From an uncultured virus (IMG/VR IMGVR_UViG_3300038423_000132) (lineage: Duplodnaviria; Heunggongvirae; Uroviricota; Caudoviricetes): DNA of 20,000 nt. Both the position numbers and the translations under genes were made by a program. Within the stretch, counting starts at the first letter, position 1, and every line of letters starts with the position of its first letter. Positions 1 to 7,335 of this stretch are shown one piece after another. A model generated the notes under the pieces. It ran no database searches. It saw nothing but the letters and a program-made list of their open reading frames with translations, and was not told the origin of the DNA. The stretch lies in the IMG/VR virus record IMGVR_UViG_3300038423_000132. One strand, given 5' to 3'.

Positions 1-66
1 CGCGGCAACCGTGGTGGGCGTCGCGGGCAGTGGTAAACCAAAAACCAAATCAAGGAGAAGACTCTC

Positions 67-426
67 ATGGGAATCAAGTTTCAGGTTCTGAAATACGTCC
101 CGAGCATTGGCGCTCCGGATGCGGTTCTACTCAACTCGGTGATGAGCGGCAACTATGTCCCCGGGCAGGGCGGAACGACTGTCGATCTCAACCCAGGCAC
201 GTTCTCTGACCCCAACAGTGTTGGCGTTCTCGGCGAGCCGCTGAATCAGCCGACCACGCCTCCGTCAATCGAATCGTGTCAGTTGGCGGCCGGCGTGTAC
301 GCGCAACTCACGCCGGGTGCGACACTGGCGACGAACAAGATCAGCCTGTGGACCAACAACAATGCGGAACTGGGGAATACGGCCTATCCGGCGGGCACGC
401 TTGTGGTGAAACTGCCACTCAGGTAG
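67..426 (+). CDS. Small phage structural protein (head/decoration-type), 119 aa
   Basis: AAGGAG RBS upstream of ATG 67. Gly/Thr/Asn-rich, beta-type composition. First complete gene of the virion block; function inferred from context only. Confidence 0.6.
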   Translation: MGIKFQVLKYVPSIGAPDAVLLNSVMSGNYVPGQGGTTVDLNPGTFSDPNSVGVLGEPLNQPTTPPSIESCQLAAGVYAQLTPGATLATNKISLWTNNNAELGNTAYPAGTLVVKLPLR

Positions 427-447
427 GGGTGAGTTACGGCCAACTTT

Positions 448-3400
448 TTGGGGTCCGCGACCGTAATAAGTCGCATGTTAGGCATGGTCGATCAGGATGA
501 CAGTAGCAACCTCCCTAGTGGTCTGTCTGCCCAGGTCCGCAACTGCTGCTTTGACTCTATGACTTCTGTTCGCACCCGCGACGGGATCAATACCACGATG
601 CAGGGCGAGCATGAAAGCCCGATCACGGGCCTGATCGGGACGCTCTACACGCCGGAAACCGCTGCGCAGAACTTCCTCCAGGTGCCCACCATCTTCGACA
701 TGACCGGCGCTCTTCAGTACGAGAGCCCAGTCGGCTCGGGCGAGATGGTTCCCTTCCCGCTAAATTCCACGTTCACGCCTCCAGCGAACGCCCACATGAT
801 CTCCGTGCAGACGGGGAACAAAATCTTTGCGGCGTTCTCCGATCTCAACGTGCCGCTGTCAAGCATGGCGGTGATCGATCCCCTAACAAAAGCCGTGTGG
901 CCCTATGGCCTAAAGCCTTTCGGATGGGTTTGGACGGCCAACACCCCGGTTCTCGCGGGAGAGGTGTGCACGCCCACAGCGCCGAGCGGAAACGGCCATA
1001 CCTACCTCTGCACGCAGGCTGGAGTCACGGGGAACAACGAGCCGCTGCCTTGGCCGACCGCCGAAGAGGCGATCGTCAATGACGGGTCCGCAAAGTGGAA
1101 AGAGTACACGGCGGTCATGGCGAACCGGCTTTCCCCGCCTCCCGTGCCAGTGCTTGCGCTGGCCGGCGGTGGGACCATCGCAGCGACCCAGGACGTGTAC
1201 GTCGTCATCACGCTGGTCAACACGATGGGCGAAAGCCTTCCCTCGACGCCGACGTTCATCGAAACTCTGGCGGCTTCCACAACGGTCAACGTGCCATTGC
1301 CAACGCTGACTCTCGGCTCTTTGCCTGGCTGGATGCAGGAACTCGGGGCCAGTTACATCCCGACCGGCTGCAACATCTATGCGGCCATTGTGGCTCACGG
1401 GTCATCGGCACCGCCACTGTCGACCTACCAAAAGGTCAACGTCGGCGTTCAGGCTCTTGGCTCGACTTACGGGATCACCGCCGCGGGAGCAGGCGTCGCC
1501 CCGCCATCGCTCTGCACTGCCCGCGTGGTTCCCGGCCAACTCCCCACGCCAGATGCGCAGGTTCAGATTCAGAGGATTCCGGTCGGCTCGACGGTTGCTC
1601 CGCCGAATGCTCCAGGGCTGGCACTTGCGGCCGGAATAGTCGCCATCCACCGCACCTTTTACGTGGCCCTAACGCTCGTCAATGCGGCTGGAGAAACAAC
1701 TCCGGGGGCCATGGCCAACATCACCACGACTGGCAACAATCAAGGTGCGCAGGTATTTCTCGCAAGCAACTACGGCCCGACCGTCACAGGAGTAAATATC
1801 TACGCGACAGATGTGGCCGAAGGCAGCGCTCCGCCTCTGGTTAGCTCTCTAAACTTTCAAGGAACCTTCGCTCTCGGATCGTCTCCGATCATTACCGGAG
1901 CTGGCGGAGGGGCAAATCCGCCATCTGCCAATACGGCCACTCTTCCAGGAGGACTCTTCCCTGCCGGCCGTGACATCTACGTCGCACAGACTTACAAAAA
2001 CAGCGCGGGCGAGACTACTCTCGGGCCGCTCAATTCAATCATCAATTCCAACGGCGACGATGCCGTGCTCGTCACAATCGCCGTGCCCCAGGACGAGAAC
2101 AACAACGACCTCTACACCATCGCCTCAGTGGGCATCTACGAAGCGGACGTGCCCACTGGAGATCCTGCGCCTCCATCGACAGCCTTCTCCCTCGTCGGCT
2201 ACTACCAGAACACGAATCAGCCGTTCATTCTTGAAACGGCCGCGGGCGCCAACCCTCCCATCGTGAATGGGACTGGACCGGGCGGGGCTATCGTGGCCGA
2301 CACGGCGACTGGCGGGATCAACGGAACGCAGGGCTATCGTTACGCGGCCATCATGTACATGAACCAGAACTACACGGTCTCAGGGTTCACGGCCGCTTCG
2401 GTGATCCAGTACGACGTGGATGAGGATGGTTGGGAACTCGGAATCTTCAAGGTCGCAACTGGACCTGCGTATGTGCTCGGACGTGCAGTTGCGTTCAGCG
2501 TGGCTGATGGATCGAATGCTGGCCCGTTCTGGTGGATCGGCAATGTCAACCTACAGATCCCATCACAGAATTTCGTTTACCCCCAGACCTTTCTTTCGGA
2601 CACGGTAAACCAGAGCTCGACGTTCTTTCTCGACAACGTAACGACCAACGGGACTTTCAACTTTACCGACGAGTATCTGACCAGTTCGAACAACGTCACC
2701 GACAGGCTTGATGTGATCTGGCCGAATCAGGCGGTCCACTGCACCTACTGCCCGAGTGTCGATCGCATCTTCCAGGCTGGAGTTCCAGGCTACTACTCCG
2801 GCTGGTGGGTATCGCTCGCCGGCGATCCCGAGTCCTACTATTCGGACCTGAGTTACATCTCGGTTGGATCAGACGATGGCGAGCGCGCGTGGGGAACGAT
2901 TGAGTATCGCGGCACGGTCTACGGACTCCGCGATAGGTCTGGGTACACCTTCACGGCGAATCCCAATAACCCGCAGACCTGGACAGCAACAAAACGGTGG
3001 AGCGAGCGCGGCCCGTGCGGTCCAAGAGCGTTCGATGCCTGCGGCGACTTCCTGATCTTCGTTCACAGGAGCGGAATCTATCGGTACACCGAGACGACGC
3101 CGGAGTTGGTGACCAAGGAGATTCCCTACTTCTGGAAGACGATCAACTGGCTCGCGGCCAACGTCATTTGCTGCAAGATCGACCAGGAGAAGCACGAAGT
3201 CCACATCCTCGTGCCGGTCGGAAACTCGACGGTGCCCAATCAGGAGGTTGTGCTCAACTATCTCGAGGGCTGGAATCAGCCGGTGCACTTCTCGACCTAC
3301 TCTCAAAAAGAGATCGCCGTTGCCGAGGTGCGGAAGTTCTCGATCAACGATGTGCAGGCTTTTGTTTGCGATCGCATCGAGCGCACGCTGCCAAACCCAA

Positions 3401-3906
3401 CTCCGTTCCCGCAGGGGCAGGCCGGCGTTCCGTTCCTCGATTCGAGCTACTTCACTTCTCAGTTTGTCTACGGATCGAGCGCGGCTGATGGGACGGTGCA
3501 GGCGGTGACGCCTGGAACGTTCTCCGACAATGGGGCGGGAATTGACTGCGTGTACGAAACCGTCTCGCCTGAAACCACGATGGCGCTCTCGAAGATCGAG
3601 GGGTTCACTTTGAACGCCCGAGGCAACGGAACGCTTTATCCCTACTTCCTGGCCGGTCGCACGATGGTGACGGGCAATGTCCCGCTTGGCCCAGTGAATC
3701 CGATGGTCATTCCGTGCAGGCCAATTCAACTCGACATCATGGAGAGCGAGGGGTTGAGCCGCATGGTGCCAAGCCGAATCTCGGAAAGATGGCGGATGAG
3801 GTTCAGCAATGGTAAGGTTCCGGGCGCGTGGTTTGCGCTCAAATGGCTGGCTATCTACTCGATCCCAATGTTCCAGGCCCGCGAGGAGAGTGAGTTAGGT
3901 GGCTGA
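448..3906 (+). CDS. Large tail / DNA-stabilisation (tail nozzle-like) protein with internal repeated beta modules, ~1152 aa
   Basis: Long ORF with strong codon bias. N-terminal 'LGMVDQDDSSNLPSG...RNCCFD...VRTRDG' and a propeller-like C-terminal half (SLAGDPESY, VGSDDGE, GPCGPRAF, LIFVHRSGIYRY) resemble P22 gp10/T7 gp12-type proteins. It lies upstream of the GNAT-like and ejection genes. Start codon uncertain (TTG 448 or ACG 436). Confidence 0.7.
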   Translation: MGSATVISRMLGMVDQDDSSNLPSGLSAQVRNCCFDSMTSVRTRDGINTTMQGEHESPITGLIGTLYTPETAAQNFLQVPTIFDMTGALQYESPVGSGEMVPFPLNSTFTPPANAHMISVQTGNKIFAAFSDLNVPLSSMAVIDPLTKAVWPYGLKPFGWVWTANTPVLAGEVCTPTAPSGNGHTYLCTQAGVTGNNEPLPWPTAEEAIVNDGSAKWKEYTAVMANRLSPPPVPVLALAGGGTIAATQDVYVVITLVNTMGESLPSTPTFIETLAASTTVNVPLPTLTLGSLPGWMQELGASYIPTGCNIYAAIVAHGSSAPPLSTYQKVNVGVQALGSTYGITAAGAGVAPPSLCTARVVPGQLPTPDAQVQIQRIPVGSTVAPPNAPGLALAAGIVAIHRTFYVALTLVNAAGETTPGAMANITTTGNNQGAQVFLASNYGPTVTGVNIYATDVAEGSAPPLVSSLNFQGTFALGSSPIITGAGGGANPPSANTATLPGGLFPAGRDIYVAQTYKNSAGETTLGPLNSIINSNGDDAVLVTIAVPQDENNNDLYTIASVGIYEADVPTGDPAPPSTAFSLVGYYQNTNQPFILETAAGANPPIVNGTGPGGAIVADTATGGINGTQGYRYAAIMYMNQNYTVSGFTAASVIQYDVDEDGWELGIFKVATGPAYVLGRAVAFSVADGSNAGPFWWIGNVNLQIPSQNFVYPQTFLSDTVNQSSTFFLDNVTTNGTFNFTDEYLTSSNNVTDRLDVIWPNQAVHCTYCPSVDRIFQAGVPGYYSGWWVSLAGDPESYYSDLSYISVGSDDGERAWGTIEYRGTVYGLRDRSGYTFTANPNNPQTWTATKRWSERGPCGPRAFDACGDFLIFVHRSGIYRYTETTPELVTKEIPYFWKTINWLAANVICCKIDQEKHEVHILVPVGNSTVPNQEVVLNYLEGWNQPVHFSTYSQKEIAVAEVRKFSINDVQAFVCDRIERTLPNPTPFPQGQAGVPFLDSSYFTSQFVYGSSAADGTVQAVTPGTFSDNGAGIDCVYETVSPETTMALSKIEGFTLNARGNGTLYPYFLAGRTMVTGNVPLGPVNPMVIPCRPIQLDIMESEGLSRMVPSRISERWRMRFSNGKVPGAWFALKWLAIYSIPMFQAREESELGG
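1129..2280 (+). repeat. Three diverged ~115-135 aa protein-level repeats in the tail protein
   Basis: Recurring YVxxTxxNxxGE(S/T)...(N/G)IYxxxVxxG..PP...GxxPP: DVYVVITLVNTMGES, TFYVALTLVNAAGET, DIYVAQTYKNSAGET. Confidence 0.75.
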
Positions 3907-4708
3907 TAACAAGAGCCTGATCGAGTCGGCGTGCAAGGGGAACGTGAACGACCTGCGCACGCTGCTTCTCCAGTTCAACGATCAATTCGAGATCCACAAC
4001 CAGGCCACGGGTACGAACTGGGTCAGCCCGACATCGGGAGTGCAAAAGCCGTCAACAACTCCGCCTCCCGCCGCGACAGCAGCCGCCTCGGGCGCGAATG
4101 GGACCATCGCCATCCAGATCACGAACCCGGCGCAAGCCGCCAAAGCGACGATCTATCACAGGATCAGATATTCCCCCGTGAAGAACTTCTCTCAAGGCGT
4201 GACGGAGTTGCCGCCGTCTCCGGCGAGTACCGTCAGCATTCCCGCTCCCGGGGAGACGCACTTTATTGAACTCAGTTCCAGCTACGACGGATCGACATGG
4301 AACGCTCCCCGGCTCATTCAGCAGACAGCGGTCGCCGCGGGGCTGCAGTCGAGCGCAGCGTGTGAGCCGGCCACGGTTCTGAACAACTGGAATTACGCGA
4401 ACGTCGTCGGTGAGGGATCAGCAGGCGTAGCGCCGGTCATCCGGGTTTACGGTCCCAACGGGCCGTACAGCGGATACACGGCTGGACGGGGAACGGCGCA
4501 GGTTAGCCGGCCATCGGCCACGATTCTCAATTACAGCTACAAGCAGAATCAGATTGTGGCGTTCGACGGCAAGCGGTTTCAACTGGCGTCTACTCTGCCG
4601 GGAGCGATGAAGGATTCATGGGAGCCGGTGGGACAAGCGGGAACACAGGAATCGCCAGGCGGCGGTGGGAACATGGGTGGAAACGGCGGGAGGCTGACCG
4701 CGATATGA
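3899..4708 (+). CDS. Tail-associated virion protein (FN3/Ig-like beta region, Gly-rich C-terminus), 269 aa
   Basis: GTG start after GAGGAG, overlapping the end of the upstream gene. Beta-rich 'IYHRIRYSP...IELSSSYDGSTWN'. Ends GGGGNMGGNGGRLTAI. Confidence 0.55.
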   Translation: MADNKSLIESACKGNVNDLRTLLLQFNDQFEIHNQATGTNWVSPTSGVQKPSTTPPPAATAAASGANGTIAIQITNPAQAAKATIYHRIRYSPVKNFSQGVTELPPSPASTVSIPAPGETHFIELSSSYDGSTWNAPRLIQQTAVAAGLQSSAACEPATVLNNWNYANVVGEGSAGVAPVIRVYGPNGPYSGYTAGRGTAQVSRPSATILNYSYKQNQIVAFDGKRFQLASTLPGAMKDSWEPVGQAGTQESPGGGGNMGGNGGRLTAI

Positions 4709-4977
4709 GTTGGGATCTGAAGCACCACGAGTTCGACCACACGGTGCAGCGGCACTACGCCGTGCTGCACGATCCGGCGACGGGCGCGGAGCACCATCTG
4801 ATTATTCTCACCGGCCACGATGCGTGCCCAACCTGCGGACACGTGCAGCCAAAAACCAACACGGGCGAGATCGACTTCCAGGCGATTCTGAAAGAGGAAC
4901 TGGCTGCGCTCGAAGCGAGCCATGCGCAGAGCGTGGCCTACGCGAAGAAGTTCAACGTTCCAAGGAAGGCGAAATGA
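4705..4977 (+). CDS. Small His-rich protein with CPTCG motif, 90 aa (MSWDLKHHEF...)
   Basis: ATGA overlap with the upstream stop (4705-4708), GGGAGG upstream, and ATGA overlap with the downstream gene. The true start is internal to listed ORF 4618..4977. Confidence 0.7.
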   Translation: MSWDLKHHEFDHTVQRHYAVLHDPATGAEHHLIILTGHDACPTCGHVQPKTNTGEIDFQAILKEELAALEASHAQSVAYAKKFNVPRKAK

Positions 4978-5423
4978 GCAAGACCATCCTCCGGCTGGCC
5001 GAACCGCGCGACATGCCAGCGTTGCTGCACAAGCTGGCCGAGCAGAACCTCCGCGACAAGACGCGCTACCCGATGCCCGAGATATTCGACGAGGACGGTC
5101 GGCAGGCCGACAACGTGCCACTGGCCTATGTGATTGAGCATTGCGGAGAGGTTCTTGGGGGCACGACATTCGAGTCGAAGGGGCTCGAAATGATGTTGAT
5201 CGGGATCGATCCTCGCGTAACAGCGACGATCGCGCGTGAGTCGCCCGGCATTCTCTTCACATTGAAGGCCATGGGCTTCAACTGGATTCGCTGTTTGGTC
5301 ACACGCTCGATTCTCAAAGCTGGCCGCCGAAAGGCCAAGGCCAACCCCGTAAGTGCCGCGATGAAAGCAGCAGGGTTCAGGCGCGACGATACACGATTCG
5401 CCAGTTTCTTCAGGGAGGTGTAA
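4974..5423 (+). CDS. GNAT-fold (acetyltransferase-like) phage protein, 149 aa (MSKTILRLAEPRD...)
   Basis: ATGA coupling at 4974. 'ILRLAEPRDMPALL', 'YVIEHCGEVLGG' and '..MKAAGFRR' follow the GNAT pattern. Position between tail and ejection genes matches T7 gp13/P22 gp14. Confidence 0.6.
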   Translation: MSKTILRLAEPRDMPALLHKLAEQNLRDKTRYPMPEIFDEDGRQADNVPLAYVIEHCGEVLGGTTFESKGLEMMLIGIDPRVTATIARESPGILFTLKAMGFNWIRCLVTRSILKAGRRKAKANPVSAAMKAAGFRRDDTRFASFFREV

Positions 5424-5424
5424 G

Positions 5425-5997
5425 TTGTCGAGAGCCCAGGAATCTCAAGTCGAAGGCACGGCCACAAATCAGAACGCGGGCTATTACAACGATGCCCAAA
5501 ACTCCTATGCCGCTGCCCAGGGTGACGTCGAGGACTACAAGGACCAGCTCGCTAAGTACAAGGCGAGCAACCCCTACGTCCAGGGCGGCCAGTTCCAGAC
5601 CACAACAAATCAGATGCTGGCAGACACGGCGGACGCCGGCGCGCGCGCGGCCGGAGAGCGGCTGCAGAGTCAAGCCCTACGCACCGGGCAGAACAGCGCG
5701 GGCAGTGTAGCAGCGACCGAGCAGATGGAGCAGCAGGGCACGCGGACGCTATCGGCCGATGAGGCCAGAGCCAACCAGGAGCGGATCGTGGCTGGCGCGG
5801 GATACGGCCGGAACGTGCTTCAGGCCACACAGGCACCAGCAGAGATGGAATCCCGGCTCGCCGGGCAGCAGGCCGAAGCCGCTGGAGGCGTGCTGAACAC
5901 TGCACAGAAGGCCGGCGAAACGCCGTCTTGGTGGGATCAGTTTGGAGATGAAGCCGCGAAGGGGTTCGGACAAATGGTATTCGGACCGAAGGGATAG
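5425..5997 (+). CDS. Putative DNA-transfer / ejection (internal virion) protein, 190 aa
   Basis: TTG start after GGAGGT. Ala/Gln/Gly-rich helical composition with an amphipathic C-terminus. Synteny with podovirus ejection genes. Confidence 0.6.
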   Translation: MSRAQESQVEGTATNQNAGYYNDAQNSYAAAQGDVEDYKDQLAKYKASNPYVQGGQFQTTTNQMLADTADAGARAAGERLQSQALRTGQNSAGSVAATEQMEQQGTRTLSADEARANQERIVAGAGYGRNVLQATQAPAEMESRLAGQQAEAAGGVLNTAQKAGETPSWWDQFGDEAAKGFGQMVFGPKG

Positions 5998-6003
5998 GGG
6001 AGA

Positions 6004-7335
6004 GTGGCGACGATGGCAGGCGATCCAAGTCAATTTTTATCGGAAGACGAACAGTATGGCGCCATGCTGGGCCGGCTTCTCAACCCTCCCCCGGAGGCTG
6101 AGCAGCAGGTCGCACAGAATACGGCGCCAGCGGCTCCGGTCCAGAGACCTGCGCTCGCTCCCGCACAACCTGTGCCATCACCATCGCCAGCGGTGCCGCC
6201 AAAGCCAGCGACGCCGAACGCTGTCTCTCCGAACACGCCATCGTTCTACCAGCGCGGGCAACAGGGCGCACTGAACATGGCCGACCAGGACGCCCGAACG
6301 GTTACGGCGTTGGAGAACCAGCCGAACGCCGCGACTGAGAATAAGCTGCTCGAAGCGCAACGCGTCGCCCTGGCACAGCCTCTGAATCCTCAAGACCAAG
6401 GCTATCGCCCCGGAATCGGAACCAGAATCGCACGCGGACTGGCCGCGGCCCGCAAGGGTGGTATCGCCGGGGCCATTGACCCAACCGCAGTAGGAGCAAC
6501 CGCTTACGGCGCACCCAACCGCCAATTCGACATCGACACCGCGCGCCGGCAAGCGCAGGCGACCGTCCTTCAGTCCGAAGAGGACCGCAACATCGCCAAC
6601 GAGAAGGCAGAAAGCGAGCGGATCAAGGATGTCGGGACGGCGGCCGGCAGGGTTGGAACTGCCTACGGCGGTGTGGCCAGGGACGCCACGGCGCAGCAGA
6701 GCGCTGAGCAAAAGAGCCAATACGAAGGCCAGATCGCCGACCTTCGCCAGCAGCTCGCTAACCAAGGCGGCGTGCCCAAGACCTACGAGCAGGCCGTAAT
6801 CGCCTCGCAGATCGATCCAGACCCGCAGAAGCGGCAGGGATACGCCGCCGCAGCGAAGCAAATCGCCTCCCAGGAAGTCAAGAGGTTCCAGTACGCCAAC
6901 CGGGCGGTTGGAGGCGGCGAAGACGATCCCCGGCGCCAGCCGCTCATCGACGCTGCAACCGCACAGGTTGACAAGCTCAACACTTACGAGTGGGATCCTG
7001 AAGCCCAGAACGGCGCGGGCGGATTTTACGACCCGCACAGCGACGGGACAAAAACATACTCCCCGGCCGAGTTCACGGCGATGAAGAACGCGATCGCTAC
7101 AAAGCTGGACGCGCAGCTTACCCAAAAGAAGATGCGCCCGCTCGGCGTCCGGTTTACCGTCGCGGCGACGACTCCCGGCGGCGCACCCGCCGCGGCACAG
7201 CCAGGCGCGCCAGCCGCTCCCGCGCAGACTGCGCCATCCGCCACGACGGTTACACAGGGCCAGGTCTACAAGGGATACAAGTACCTCGGCGGCGATAGGG
7301 CGAACCCGAAAAGCTGGCAGCAGGTCCAGCAGTAA
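6004..7335 (+). CDS. Putative ejection (internal virion) protein, 443 aa
   Basis: Ala/Gln/Pro-rich with coiled-coil segments. C-terminal 'GQVYKGYKYLGGDRANPKSWQQV' is a motif type I recognise from podophage internal proteins. TAATG coupling to the next gene. Start may be GTG 6004 or ATG 6013. Confidence 0.6.
   Translation: MATMAGDPSQFLSEDEQYGAMLGRLLNPPPEAEQQVAQNTAPAAPVQRPALAPAQPVPSPSPAVPPKPATPNAVSPNTPSFYQRGQQGALNMADQDARTVTALENQPNAATENKLLEAQRVALAQPLNPQDQGYRPGIGTRIARGLAAARKGGIAGAIDPTAVGATAYGAPNRQFDIDTARRQAQATVLQSEEDRNIANEKAESERIKDVGTAAGRVGTAYGGVARDATAQQSAEQKSQYEGQIADLRQQLANQGGVPKTYEQAVIASQIDPDPQKRQGYAAAAKQIASQEVKRFQYANRAVGGGEDDPRRQPLIDAATAQVDKLNTYEWDPEAQNGAGGFYDPHSDGTKTYSPAEFTAMKNAIATKLDAQLTQKKMRPLGVRFTVAATTPGGAPAAAQPGAPAAPAQTAPSATTVTQGQVYKGYKYLGGDRANPKSWQQVQQ

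Noticed and set aside
1..60. Possible 3' end of an upstream gene, or a small hairpin (CGCGG-CAA-CCGTG)
   Set aside because: Truncated by the window edge, frame ambiguous, and no U-tract.
4618..5423. Longer starts listed for ORFs 4618..4977 and 4710..5423
   Set aside because: They overlap real genes extensively; ATGA-coupled starts at 4705 and 4974 fit better.
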